Shown here piece after piece: positions 12,501-25,747 of a DNA stretch of 64,000 bases (position 1 is the stretch's first letter; every line of letters begins with the position of its first letter). The stretch lies in contig NC_086097.1 in the NCBI RefSeq assembly GCF_963921235.1, positions 45,200,001 to 45,264,000 on the forward strand, given 5' to 3'. This stretch comes from Mobula hypostoma (taxonomy: Eukaryota). The position numbers were made by a program, and so were the translations under genes. Below the pieces are notes generated by a model. It was given only the letters and a program-made list of their open reading frames with translations. It was not told the origin of the DNA and made no database searches.

Positions 12501-13020
12501 ATGTTTTTCCACCTATGGCACTCAGCAACACTGGCACTCATTTTTTATTAGCTACTTTATTTGTTTCAAAATACTGCTCAATTCATTCAGTGTAGATCAT
12601 GCAATTGATTGTTGTGCAATCAAATTCATCTATCTTTCCAATGTAGTCAGCCATTGCTGCTTTTAATTTACTTATTTATTATTATCACCCAATATTCACT
12701 GTTTGTAAACCAGTGTTAATTTTGTCCGTTTTCTGCCTTTTTCAATGCTTCAGAAGGTAGGTAGCTGTCTCAGGTTTGTTCTAAAACTTCCTCATCAAAA
12801 CTGTTATGTTTTGTAAGTCCAGAAATTAATCGAATAAAAAACACAGGTGTCCGGAATATTTGGCTACTGAGTTTTTCTTTAGTAAAATGCACACATATGA
12901 TGTGGCGGCAAAATGACATATACCATTCATATACTTCTTACATTCAACCCGTAATGAATTATGTAAACAACAATCAAACAATATATTTGCAATGTTACTC
13001 AAATATTAAATTCACTACAC
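9540..13020 (-). mobile_element. Degenerate Gypsy/Ty3 LTR retrotransposon (5' LTR ~12802-13020, gag-PR-RT-RH-partial IN; 3' end missing)
   Basis: Collinear with the 54.5-63.2 kb element; protease LDTG at ~11752-11773; RT motif mutated to YLGD at 10939-10950; integrase-like sequence near 9560-9990; LTR tgttatg...actaca. Confidence 0.8.
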
Positions 13021-13904
13021 AGAGGAGTTCTTCGAAATTAAGTCCAGATCCTGATTATAAACTGAAAATCATTTCTGCATGTGAATCAATAATTCCATTT
13101 TCTAAAGTTGTTTCTCAAAAATGGACATTGCATTACATTGAAAGCATTCGGGTGGCTTGGCAACATACTAGAGAAACTGTGATTTGGGATAGATCTACTG
13201 GATTTCTGCAAAATTGACAGGAGTAACAGCAAAGAGTTATTGAAAGAAAATGCTTCTTCATGAAATTGGACAGTTAAGTGTAAGATTCTATCTACAAAGT
13301 TTACTCTATGGTTATGCTAAACCTGAAAGGAACTGGGAATAGCAATGTATGTACTGTACTATTTTCAGTTCTTTAAAGGATTAAAATTACTAGAGAACTC
13401 AGATTCCAAAAGAAGAATTCCCTTGCGACGTAGGAATCTCCACCATAAGCGGTATTATAGTTGTAAAATGTAGGTCACAACCTGGTCATTGAAAAGGTTT
13501 TATGACAGAAAGGATTTGTGAGGGCTTAAACTGGCTAACAAGCTTAACAGCTCAATGGCAAAAAACGTCGAGGCATACACATTTATTTCTGCTTGTCTGT
13601 GGCTTCCGTATTTTCTTTGCAAAGTAACTGTCACTAAGAAAGAAAGTCACGAATCGGACATAATCTATACTTTTGTTGTTAGGATTTGCGTGGTGCATTG
13701 AAAAATAAAATTCTTTTCACAGTTTGCATTTTACTTTCTAATTCACCACACCAAGAAATAGAAAAAGTTAGGAACCTGATCCGAATTTGTGCAGAGGAAG
13801 GAAATCTTTGCCACTGGGTGTAATGTGCACATCTGAATTAGTTCTGACTGCCTGGCTTTGACTTTCTATCATCATCCTTAACTTGAGGTATTCTATCTAT
13901 ATTA

Positions 13905-14085
13905 CAAACAGAGAAAATCTGCAGAAGCTGGAAATCTGAACAACACACACAAAATGCTGGAGGAACTCGAAAAGCCAGGCAGCATCTATGGAAAAGAGTG
14001 CAGTTGACGTTTCGGACCAAAACCCTTCGGCAGGACTGGACTCTGTTCTCAGATGCTGCTTGGCCTCCGGCATTTTGTGTGTATT
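13905..14085 (-). mobile_element. Penelope-derived short repeat with a mutated hammerhead motif
   Basis: Reverse complement resembles 45790-45895; contains agtcCTGCCGAagggttttggtccGAAAcgtcaact (14002-14037). Confidence 0.6.
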
Positions 14086-14194
14086 AATCTATCTACAGCA
14101 GTGAACAGAGAAAGACTGAGGATTACTCTGAGATATCACATGTGAAATGGCTTTGCTTCGACCAACCAATGATGTCATTAAAGTGCAAATCAGC

Positions 14195-15200
14195 AAAGTT
14201 CAAAGTAAATTTCATTATCAAAGTACACATATATCACCATCTTCTACCTCGAGATTAACTTTCTTGCAGGCATTCATAGTAGAACAAGGAAATACAACTG
14301 AATCAATAAAAAACTACGGACAAACAAAGACTGGCAAACAACCAATGTACGAATGAAGACAAACTGGGCAAGTACAAAAATATATAGTCATAATAATAAA
14401 TAAGTAAATAGACGAAGAATATGAGTTACAGGGCTCTTGAAAGTGAGTCCATAGATTGCAGAGTCAGTTCTGTGTTGAAGTGAGTGAAGTTATCCACTGT
14501 TTTTGAACCTGATGGTGTGAGACCTAAGGCTCCTGTATCTCCTTCCCAATGGCAGCAGCAAAAAAGAACGATCATGGCTTGGATACATAGAAACATAGAA
14601 AATAGGTGTAGGAGTAGGCCATTTGGCCCTTCAAGCCTGCACCGCCATTCAGCATGATCATGGCTGATCATGCAACTCAGAACCCTGCACCAGCCTTCCC
14701 TCCATACCCCCTGATCCCTTTAGCCACAAGGGCCATATCTAACTCCCTCTTAAATATAGCCAATGAACTGGCCTCAACCGTTTCCTGTGGCAGAGAATTC
14801 CACAGATTCACCACTCTCTGTGTGAAGAAGTTTTTCCTCATCTCGGTCCTAAAAGGCTTCCCCTTTATCCTTAAACTGTGACCCCTCGTTCTGGACTTCC
14901 CCAACATCGGGGACAATCTTCCTGCATCTAGCCTGCCCGATCCCTTTAGGATTTTATACGTTTCGATAAGTTCAACCCTCAATCTTCTAAATTCCAGCAA
15001 GTATAAGCCTAGTCGATCCAGTCTTTCTTCATATGAAAGTCCTGCCATCCCAGGATTCAATCTGGTGAACCTTCTTTGTACTCCCTCTATGGCAAGGATG
15101 TCTTTCCTCAGGTGAGGGGACCAAAACTGCACACAATATACTGGGGGTTGTTGATGCTACTTTCTTGTGACAGCGCCCCTTGTCGATGTGATCAATGTTG
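14195..15200 (-). mobile_element. Rex1/Babar-like LINE 3' fragment hosting a CR1 insertion
   Basis: Contains gaacctgatggtgtgagacctaaggctcctgtatctccttcccaatggcagcag, the shared 3' end of the Rex1-like family; aaagttcaaagtaaattt tail. Confidence 0.6.
14587..15137 (-). mobile_element. Young CR1 3' fragment (same family as 4201-7422)
   Basis: ORF 14677-15132 reads QFWSPHLRKDILAIEGVQRRFTRL...RVVNLWNSLP; (tttctatg)n tail. Confidence 0.92.
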
Positions 15201-15559
15201 AATACATAGCAGATAGTGAATAAGAACATTTTTATGAACTGGAATTCACTGCCTGAAAGGACAGCTTGGGCAGGCTCACTGATAATTTATTAGAGTCAGA
15301 TTTATTATCATGTACTTAGATTATGTGAAATTTGCTGTTTTATGGCAGCAGTACATGCAAAAAAGTTACTATAAATTACAATAGATAAATAAATAGTGCA
15401 CAAAAAAGGATTAAGGCAGCTTTCATGGATCATTCAGAAATCTGATTGGGGCTGGTGGGGTGGGGGGTTTGATTAAAGAATCTATTGCACACAGTAAGTG
15501 TGCATCTTCATGCTCCCTTACTTCCTCCCCAATATGAGGAAAGGTTGCACAGGTTAGGC

Positions 15560-15927
15560 TCATATTTGCAGTAGTTATCGACTGAAACATACCAAATCCT
15601 GAGGGATCCTGGCATAATCAATGTGGAGAAGATGTTTCTTCTTGTGAAAAAACTAAAACTAGAGGTCATTGTACAAAAATAAGTGGTTGCCTATTTAAGA
15701 TAGATGAGAAGAGTTTATACTCTGTGTTTGGAACTCTCTTCCTCAAATATTATTAAGGGAGAAGTTGATATAGCTTTGTTAAGTGAGGGGGTGAAAGGTT
15801 ATCGCCAGCAGACAGGACTGAGGAGTTAAGATTACAATCAGATCAGCCATGATCTTATTAAGTGGTGGAGTTGGCTTAAGGAGCTAAGTGGTCTGATCCT
15901 GCTCCTAAATCATAGGTTTGTATGTTC
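15560..15927 (+). mobile_element. Old CR1 3' fragment
   Basis: Degenerate CR1 end (gatgtttcttcttgtg...agaggtcat...ggaactctcttcc...gatcagccatgatct). Confidence 0.65.
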
Positions 15928-17149
15928 AACCATAGTGGGGCATCTTTCTCTGCACTTAAACTTCATACACTCTCCTCTTCTCTCTAAGGGTTCCATATGC
16001 CTGTAGTAATAATGAAATAGTTTCAAACAATTGCAGACATGAAGCTCTGTAGACATCAGTACTCCTTTATACAGACGGAATATGAGATGGTTTTGGACTG
16101 CCAGGCTCCCAGGTGCATCACCACTGCACCAGATGCATCCATTGTTACCAGGGTAATTGATTAAAAAAATTCAGCCTATGGGCAGAATCTCAACCCGAAG
16201 CTTTTTGATATCACAAAGAAGAATATTTATTTCAATTTTAGTTTCAAGCTAATAATCAAATGTACTGAAATCAAAAATGAAATAAAAAGGTAACATTAAA
16301 ATAAAATTTAAAATGACTCTTCACTGTAAGCTAGATATGACACTGGCTAAGGATTTTGTGCTTTCATTTTTCTACTGTGTTCCATGAAATCTGCATTGAC
16401 TCTTCTGCAAAGTAACGGGGTTTCACAGAGACATTTTGGAACGGCATGTTCTCCTCTAAAAGAGCAGCATTCTGGTTAAGTACTTGTTGGTGACTGCCAG
16501 TTGCTTTACTACTTCACCTCTCTTGCTGCTATATTCAATTACTCTCTGCAATTTGTTGCAAGCCCAGCCTGTTAGACTTCTCCTCGATCACTCCTCCATG
16601 CCTGGCAGTATAAAATGTGCCCACAGATTATCCCTTTCATTTGAGTGTTGGTAAGGATGTCCAGCAGAAGAACATAATTAGGAACAAGAGCGGGGTTATC
16701 AACCCTCTGAGCCTCATCAAGCACTTCTACCTCAATGATGCTTTTCTGCACTACTGCTAAATCTTGGATTCTCATAATGTCCAGAAATCTTTTCATCTTA
16801 GTATTGATTGGCTGCAGTGTCTTGGTCTCCACGACTCTCCAGGGTAGTGAATTAGGGCAGATAAAGGCAACTCTGTGAACACTTCTGGGCACATTGCTGA
16901 AAAGATTTGCAAAACATGAAGAAGCCGATACAGTCCTAGTGTTGGAATCAATCGGAGGGGAAGGAGGGAAGAGGAAGGGGTGGTGTGAGGCAAATGCCAG
17001 CTGGTTTTATTCAGCAGGACATACCCAGGGAGATATTAACTCAAACAGTTAAGTCTTCCTGTGAGCTTGGTGTCATTTATGTGATGCATTTAATACTCCA
17101 CAATCACTTCTAGCAAAATGGCGTACACAGAGAACTTAGGCCAAACTTT

Positions 17150-17727
17150 ATCATTCAGGTCATTAAGTAAAACAGTGGCAAGTTGCGTTGTAGCTGTATA
17201 AAGTTTTGCTTAGGCCACAATTAGAGTAACGTGTACAGTTCTGGCTGCTGGACGTGAAGGCTTTGGAAAGAGTGCAGAAGAGATCCTCAAGGATGTGCTT
17301 GGATTAGAGGGTTTTAGCTATAAGGAGAAGTTGGACAAACTTGGATTGGCCTCTGTGGAGTAAGAAGCTGACAGATAACGTGATATACGTTTATAAAATT
17401 ATGAGTGGCACTGATCTTTGCCCCCACCCCAGGGGGAAATGTCAAATACCAGATGCAATAGCTTTAAGGTGAGAGGGGAAAAGATTCGAAGGAGACCTAC
17501 CAGGAAGTTTTCTTTTACTTCAGGAGTGGAAAGCACCTGGAACGCGATGCCAAGGGAAGTGCTGGAGGTTCATATGATAGCAACAATTAAGAAGCATTTA
17601 TACAGTACACGTACAGGTGGGGAATGGAGAGATGTAGACCTTTGACAGGTAGATGAGATTTGTTTAAATTAATATCATGTTCAGCATAGTCAACGTAGGC
17701 AGAAGGGCCCATTTCTGTGCTGTTCTA
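17150..17727 (+). mobile_element. Old CR1 3' fragment
   Basis: ttaggccacaattagagta...tttggaaagagtgcagaagag...tttaaggtgagaggggaaaag...gaagggcccatttctgtgctgt. Confidence 0.7.
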
Positions 17728-17867
17728 ACTTGGGTAAATCCAGGAACCTGATACAATTGGTTGCATCTCTTTGCTGATGTTAAAAGTTAACGGTTACTCT
17801 GAATGGTGCGGTTCATGAAATGATCCAGCATTGTCAGAATCGAGTGAGGTAGTTAAAGGGCAATAAA

Positions 17868-18435
17868 CTCTTCTTAGGATTCCAGCCGGGTACAAGTATC
17901 AATTTTAACTGACGTTTCAATGACAAACTCCGTCATCTTCATCAGGGATGATGCCTGGGAATGTCTAGTCCAGAGGTGTTTGTACCCTCATTGTTCATCC
18001 CTCCTGATTGGTTAGTTCTCATCCTATCACATTTAAGCTTTCCAACCATGTTTACAATCGAATTCCAGTTCTTACAGAGTGAGATCTTTGTCTTTGTTAA
18101 AGTTCTTTGTCTCTAGCTTTATTTCAATAGTTTCCTTCATCAGGTGGACCCAAAAGTCATTGACACAACATAGTAGTTTTCTGCCAAAGAAGTCAATCCT
18201 ATGGCCATTGTGAATACAATGTTCTCCTACCACTGGTTTCTCCTGTTAACCCAAATGGCTACACCTCATGTGCTCCTTGACATGGGTTTCCACCGTTGTC
18301 CTGTCTGGCCGAGAAACACAGTTTTGCATTCACAGGGAATCCTGTCATCCTGAGTCCCAGGACATCTTTGACCTGCATAAACTGTGATTTGAGCTTCCTT
18401 ACGGGTCTGTGGATGGTATCCATCTGGAGTGGTTG
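17868..18435 (-). mobile_element. Penelope-like element 3' fragment (GIY-YIG endonuclease remnant + hammerhead motif)
   Basis: Frameshifted pieces TIHRPVRKLKSQFMQVKDVLGL and RIPCECKTVFLGQTG match the Penelope GIY-YIG region; hammerhead core at 17907-17949. Confidence 0.75.
17907..17949 (-). ncRNA. Minimal type I hammerhead ribozyme motif (core intact, stem I weak)
   Basis: Minus strand: atcc CTGATGA a GATGAC ggagttt GTCATT GAAA C GTC agtt. Confidence 0.55.
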
Positions 18436-19679
18436 GGGCTGATAATGTGGCTCCCCTGTTACTTCTCTGGGGAAGCACACTTATAACCATATAACCATAC
18501 AACGATTACAGCACAGAAACAGGCCATCTCGGCCCTTCTAGTCCGTGCCAAACGCTGACTCTCACCTAGTTCCACCAACCTGCACTCACCCCATAACCCT
18601 CCATTCTTGTTTAGAATATGCTGTATTCTGCACAAAAGACCTCACGTCCTTTCCATGACCCCCTCTGCTCCTCCTCCTGCTTTGACAATACCCCATATTA
18701 TGCAGTCAGCATTGAGCCACCAGTTCTCTCTGCTGGCGTGCATGCAGAGTCCATACTAAGTACACATCTTCCAACAGAACCTCCTAGACAGAATTAATTC
18801 ACTTCTCCATAGAAAGATTCTGCTGTGTAAAATAAGGACTTCTGGGATAGTTTGTTGTATTTGAAGTAAAAGTCTTCCCGAATGGATATACCTCCTGTGT
18901 TCCTTGATGTGGGTTTCAGAAGAGATCCTCAAGGATCCTCAAGACTTTTAACAGCCAAGGACTCCTGGCTGGTCCAGCCAGCTCTCAAGGCCAAGAGTCT
19001 TCAGAACTAATCAATTAATTATTCATCAAAAATTCAAAAAAAAACAAACTTTAAGAAAGTAAATGAAAATACTTAAAATCATTAAAGCACAAACATGTCT
19101 AATTTAATACCTTGGTCTTCTCTCCATTAAAATCAGTGAAGAGCTACCCACACTTGGACTATTTTGGTTTGATTTGCAACTGTGCTGGGAAAGTACTGCA
19201 CATTTGTGTTCTGCCACTTGGAGTCCAACGGGAATCTGATGACAGGGCTACAGTCATGAAAATGCTAGCAGAGAACTGTCAGGACGTTTAGAACTTGCAT
19301 GCTCACACCCGAACTTGCTGGCCCCTACACCAGTCCCGATGGAGGGTCTCGGCCTGAAACGTCAACTGTTTATTCCTCTCCATAGATGCCACCTAACCCA
19401 ATAAATTCATCCAGCGTTTTGTGTGTGTTACTCTGGGTAAGCACCAGCATTTCTGCTCAAAACTGCTGGAATCTCCCCACTAGATATCACTCAGAGGTGT
19501 ACAAGGATGTAGATACAATGAACACCATTCACTCACAGGTAGACAGAAAAATTCTCCCCAGTGACTTTCATGCCCATAGTGGCAGCAAATACCAAAGCTG
19601 TGTACACAGCTACATGGCCAGCTGCATCAGTGTCCTCATTCTTACTGTTCGGGTTCGGGAGATTCAACAAGACACACAC

Positions 19680-19945
19680 TCAGGGATTCAGGAACTGCTT
19701 CTTCCCCTCTGCCATCCGATTCCTAAATGGACATTGAGCCTGTGAACACTACCTCACATTTGAAATACATATTATTTCTGTTTTTGCATGATTTTTAATC
19801 TATACAATATATGTATACTGTATTTGATTTACTTATTTTTTTTCTTCTTCTTCTATATTAAGTATTGCATTGAACTGCTGCTGCTAAGTTAACAAATTTC
19901 ATGACACATGCCAGTGATAATAAACCTGATTCTGATTCTGATTCC
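19680..19945 (+). mobile_element. Rex1/Babar-like 3' end with (gattct)n tail
   Basis: ttcaggaactgcttcttcccctctgccatccgattcctaaatgg ... aataaacctgattctgattctgatt. Confidence 0.65.
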
Positions 19946-19984
19946 CAGTGATGAGACCTTGGTGGTGGCAGGGTATTTATAAGT

Positions 19985-20400
19985 CTCACAGCCTGGAGGA
20001 AGATGTTGCTACGCAGTCTAGCAGTCTAGGTCCTGATGCTCCTGGACCGGCTTCCTGACGGTAGTGGGCCAAGGAGATTGTGGGATGGGTGGTAGGGCTT
20101 TGGGCCCTTTGTATACAACGCTCCTGGTAAACATCAGAAATGGGTGCGGGGGGGGGGAGGGAGACTCTGGTGATCCTCTCAGTGGTTTTTACTATCCTCT
20201 GTAGGATCTTGCGTCTGGTGCCCTGCAGTGTCTGCACCAAACAATGATACAACCAGACAGGACCATCTAATGATGCTCTTGTAGAACGTTTCAGAATGGG
20301 GCAGGGAACCTTGCAGCCTCCGTCTCCTCAGAAAGCATACACGCTGCTGTGCCTTCTTAATAAATGAGGAGCTGCTCTGGGTCCAGGTTAGATCATTCTG
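19985..20400 (-). mobile_element. Rex1/Babar-like RT C-terminal fragment
   Basis: ORF 19986-20252 contains RKILQRIVKTTERITRVSLP...DVYQERC, typical of the Rex1 C-terminus. Confidence 0.7.
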
Positions 20401-20729
20401 GTTCCAGAAAAGACCAATTAGTGTAGAGATTCAAGGTAATCATTTACCAGCTGAAAATTATTATAGCAAACCCTGTTACAATGTGTAACTTTCCCTGTTT
20501 ATAAACACAGAAAAAGAAGGAAACATGATTTTTGAGAACTGACAGTTTAAGTTATGACAGCATATCATAATGTGTTAGTTGTATAAGTCAGTCAGCAATG
20601 ACTTACAACAGGGTCTATGCACTCTTAACCACTGTGAAATGTCTAATTTATAGAACTGTCTAGGAGAATCATCTGTGACTTTTGAGGTTGTACTTTTGAA
20701 TCATATTTAAACTCTTTGTGAAGTATTTT

Positions 20730-22070
20730 CAGAATCAAGTATATTATCACTGTCTTATATGACGTAAAATCTGTTGTTTCACAGTAGTGGTACAGTGCCA
20801 AGACATAAAATTACTATAAATTACAAAATAAATTAACAGCGCAGAAGACAAATAATGAGGTGGTGTTCATGGGTTCATGGACAGTTCAGAAATCTGATGG
20901 CTGAAGGAAAGAAGCTGTTTCTGAATTATTACCAGTGGCCCTACCTCCCTCACCACTAAAATCGAGGTGAGAAGACTGCAACTAGCGGGGCACTGTCTAT
21001 GCCACCCCGAGCTACCTGCCAGCCTAGTCATCCTATGGGAGCCCAAGCACGGGAGGATGACCCCTGGGCGCCCTCCCAAGACTATGGTCAACACGCTCCT
21101 AGAAGACAGCAGCGCGGCTAATGTAGATGAACTGACCACACTGATGAGGGAGAGGGAGAAGTGGAGAGTCTGTCATTGTGCCCGACGCCAGCCCCCTAGG
21201 CCTGAGTCGACGTAGTAGTAGTACCCCCTTCCTCCCTGATGGTAGAAATAGGAAGAGAGCATATCCTAGAACTTGAAGTCTTTAGTGGTGGATTCCACCT
21301 TCTTTAAGCACTGCCTCTTGGAAATCTCCTCGATAGTGGGGAGGGTTGTGCTCGTGATGAAACTGGCCAAATCTACAACCCTCTGTAGCCCCTTCTGATC
21401 CTATGCCTTGGAGCCTTTAGAACAGGCTGTGATGCAACCGGTCGGATTGTTCTCAAGCAATCTGCAAGAGCCTTTAATGACATATCAAATTTCCTCAGAC
21501 TCTTAACAAAGCAGAGCTACTGGCGTGCCTTCTTCATGATTGCCTCAATGTGCTGGGCCCAGGATAGATCCTCCGAGATGTTGACACCAAGGAACTGAAA
21601 TGTGCTCCCCGTTTCCGGTGCTGACCTGACAATGACAATGTGAGTGTTGTCCCCCGAGTTCCCCTTCCTGGAGCTCACCATCATTCCCTTGGTCTTGCCG
21701 ATGTTGTGTGCAAGGTTGTCGTGACACCTCTCAACCAGCTGATCCATCTTACTGCCGTACAGTGGCTCATTGCCTTCTGAGATTTTAACCAATAATAATG
21801 GTGCCATCTATGAATTTATAGATAGCAATGAAGCTATGCTACCTAACCGCGCAGTCATGAGTACAGAGAGGACAGAGCAGGGAGCTCAGCACGTATCCTT
21901 GAGTTGATTGTCAGTGAGGAAGAGATGTTTTCAACAACTGACTCTAGCCTCCTGATGAGGAAGCTGAGGATCCAGTTGCAGAGGGAGGTACAGAGGCCCA
22001 GGTTTTGAAACTTGCTTATTAATACTGAGAGGTTTTGAATGCCGTTATAATTGACAAGCGGCAGCCTGAC
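20730..22070 (-). mobile_element. Rex1/Babar-like LINE fragment (RT + 3' end) hosting an RTE insertion
   Basis: Peptides LISKFQNLGLCTSLCNWILSFL and FQFLGVNISEDLSWAQHIEAIMKKARQ. Confidence 0.8.
20932..21222 (+). mobile_element. RTE-clade LINE 3' end with (tag)n tail
   Basis: ORF RRLQLAGHCLCHPELPASLVILWEPKHGRMTPGRPPKTMVNTLLED...REREKWR resembles the RTE C-terminus; tail gtagtagtagta. Confidence 0.75.
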
Positions 22071-22276
22071 ATCTGTTTTGCTGTTGTCTATCATAGAAAG
22101 AGTTTCCTGAATGATGCAAATGAAATTGAACTTCAAATACCCACTCACTATAGAGTGGGCTTTTGCTGGTCACCGACTATGCGTGATGCAGGAATGAACC
22201 ACGGATTTGTGGGCAACGCATTTGCACCAAGCTAAGAAATAACATCAGAAGATTCACAGCAAAGTTATCACACAAC

Positions 22277-22645
22277 CATGAGACCAAGGAGCAAAATTAG
22301 TCCATTCAGCCCATGGGGGCTGCTCCACCATTCAATCATGCTTGATAAATTATTCCCTCAAAATCCCATTCTCCTGCCTTCTCCACATGACCTCTGATGT
22401 CTTTACTAATCAAGAACGTAACATCCTCCGCTTTAAAGATACCCAGTGATTGTGGGCTCCACAGCTGTCTGGAGCAATGAATTCCACATATTTACCACCC
22501 TCTGCCTAAAGAAAGTCCTTCTCACCTCTGTTCTAAAGGGATGTCCTTTTATGCTGAGGCTGTGCCCTCTGCTCCCAGACTCTCCAACTACTGGACAAAT
22601 CCTCTTCACGTCTACTTCATCCAGGCATTTCAATATTTGGTAGCC
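22277..22645 (-). mobile_element. CR1 3' fragment
   Basis: Peptide GESGSRGHSLSIKGHPFRTEVRRTFFRQRVVNMWNSL. Confidence 0.85.
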
Positions 22646-24874
22646 AGATTGATTGGTCTGAAAACAATTGTTGCTAATATAACTTAATGAAGAATTAGTC
22701 CAACCCATACAAAATGTTCTTAATCCCCTCTGTTGAAGCTACATGACTTGCTGAGTTCTTCCAGCACTTTGTGTGTGTTGTTCAGGATTTACAGCATCTG
22801 CAAATTCTCGTGTTTCTAAAGAATTAATTAATTCCATTATAAAAAGCACTGTTGAAATAGAGCATCTTTCGTCAATGAAAGAGGGTTACATTTCTATCAA
22901 TTATATTAATCCTGCACAATGACACTTAAGGTGTCACACAGCCACATCAGAACAGATGGCCACAATAAACACCTCCCCAGCTGTTGTTCCCACATGGAAA
23001 CAACATGAGCTCAATGTCAATGGAATCAATCGAGCCGAAGGTTTGAAAGAGGATGCAGAGTGGGAAAGCAACAGTTTCTAATAACGATGAATTTTATAAT
23101 GCTGGCAAACTGCAAGTCGACTTCGGTCTTTTTGAGGATTTTAAACAACTACCAATCATATGGAAGCTCTTGCTTAAAGATTGCTCCATCAAGTCAAAAT
23201 GCTATGACGTTACAATGGACTTGCAGCCACTTGATATTTCAGTTTTCTGTATCAAAGGTCAAACAGTCCTGATGCAAAGAGATGGTTGATTAATACATCA
23301 TGTACAGTATTTGTAATTGAATTCATAACAGCCAATTTGGTACAATGACAATTTATATCAATGCCTGCACAATGTGTTATATTATGCCATTGTGGGTAAG
23401 TTTGTTAGATCTGCTAGCTGTGTTGCTGTACAGGATCCAGTCTATGTCAGTATTTTTCCAGCATAGCCTCCAAGGTTTGCAATACTTAACTCATCACTGC
23501 ATGTGGCAGGACTGCAGACACCTAAAGTGATCTGTTTGTTGTGAGATCACTTAGCTGTTGCATACTGCTAGCACTAAGCCCAAGTTATATTCTGCTGTCA
23601 CTCAACTTGCCTTTTTTATTTGAACTCTGGAAAGATTGTTCTCACTACACCATGTACTTATTGATATTGGCTTTCCAAAGTGAAGGAGTTGAGGGGGAGA
23701 ATGATTGACATAATGAGGGGATTTGAGAAGTTTGGCTAACAAAGAGAGAAATTAGAGGAAACAGAACACTGAGGGGACCGGAGTGGGATGGTGGGGTGGG
23801 AGGGAAACACAGTGGGAAGAGAGCAAGGAGAAAGAAGAGAAGAATTCATGGTGTAACGGCTGTGTCCAAATAAGTTGTGTAATTCCCGTGTGTTCACTGT
23901 AGAGGAGAGCCTAGTCTTGGACCGCATTAGTATTAGACCTAGAACTATTCAAAAAAAATCATTCGACTGATATGTGACGACAATCCCATGATTTTAAAAC
24001 ATCATGCAACATCATAGGCAACTTCCACTCCTGAAAATGAAAGGAAGTCACCCTTTGATCCCAAGGGGTGGCTAAGATGAAAAATAAAATCCATGGTCAG
24101 TTACCTAATTCACAATAAAAACTAAAATTAAATCAGGAGAAATAATACTATCATTGCAGAATTTCAACAAATGATTCGCATCTGAAGGAGTCTTCATGTT
24201 GAAAAAACGCTGCCGCTGGGACTGGATCTTTAATGGAGTTTTCTGGCTTGTTCATCAATCTTACTCCCCGGGCTACATTATAAAAGAAGTACTCACATAC
24301 TATTTCTGGAAATTATAAACAAACACAAAATGATTTTTGAGTAACGCACAAGCTACGGGAGGGACTCAGCATACAGGGGAGAAACGAAGAGCCGAGCTGT
24401 CAGTCTGAGACCCTATGTCAGGACTGGAAAGGAAGGGGGCAGAAGCCAGAGTACTTACCGACAGACTACGCTCCTGATTCCGGCCCCTTTAAGCTTCTCC
24501 CCCTCCCCCTACCATTTCATTCTGCATTTTTTTAAAACAAGACTTTCATGGTCCCTTCCTGACCCTTGTTTGCTTTAATTTTTGCAGTGAATTCTGCTGT
24601 GGTCACAAGCAAGACTCGAGCTAAGAAAACTTCTGCAGAGTTTTATTACCAGTTCTCAAAGATCAGACTCGTTCATTTTAAACGGGTTAAGTAAACTGAT
24701 TTTAACCTTCCCTGTCCTACAGATGGAGCAGTCAGATAAGAAAGATGACATCAGCATTTTTAAAGAGCCAATTGTTTTACTTTACATATACAGGTATGGC
24801 TCCAATGACATCACAGGACCCAAATAATTTGGGTCTATTGTTTACAGCGATCACGCAGTCATTTATATACAGCG

Positions 24875-25747
24875 CAGGAGTGGTGACAACAGTGATGAGT
24901 GGGCATACAAAGAGGAGGTAGGGAAGCTTGTCAAATAGTGTGAGAAACACAACCTGAGTCTCAATATGGACAAGACAAAAGAGATGGTTGTAGACTTTCA
25001 GGAAAGAGCAGATTGACCACTCTCTATTACAGATCAATGGCTCTGCCGTGGAGAGAGTGAAGAGCACAAAATTCTTAGGAGTGCACATAATGGAGAAACT
25101 AACCTGAACCCACAACACCTCCTCATTAGTCAAGAAGGTACAGCAGTATCTACACTTTCTGAGGAGATTGAGGCATACAAGGCTCCCCACCCACGTTCTA
25201 ATTACTACATGAACACCATTGAGAGCCTCCTATCTGGCTGCATCATTGTGTGGTACGGACGCCACAAGGCACTGGACAACAAAACTCTACAGAGGATAGC
25301 AAAAAACACCAAGAGAATCATTGGGATCTCCCTCCACACCCCCCCCCCCCATTTGTGACATTTACCAGGAGTATTGTACATGTAGAGGATGCCTACCACC
25401 CACCACCCACTGACCCCTCCGCCCAAATCTCATTGACCCACTACCATCAGGAAGGAGGAAGAGGAGCATCAGGACCCTCAAGCTGTGAGACTAATGAACA
25501 CCCTACCACCATCGAGCTCTCGTCACTAGGACAGTGAGCTGTTTATAGTTTACCTGTGCCGTGCACTACATGCATTTTGAATTATATTTTATTAACTTAC
25601 TTGTGGTAATGTTTTGTTTTATGTGCCGTGTGTGGTAAATGTTTTGTAGGTACACTGGGGTCCGGGGCAGCATTGTTTCATTTGATTGTACATAGGTACA
25701 TTTTAATACATTCATAGACAGTAAATCTGAACTTGAATTTGAACTTA
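24875..25747 (+). mobile_element. Rex1/Babar-like LINE 3' fragment
   Basis: Encodes KTKEMVVDFRK...INGSAVERVKSTKFLGVHI...LVKKVQQYLHFLRRL; (ttgaac)-like tail. Confidence 0.8.
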
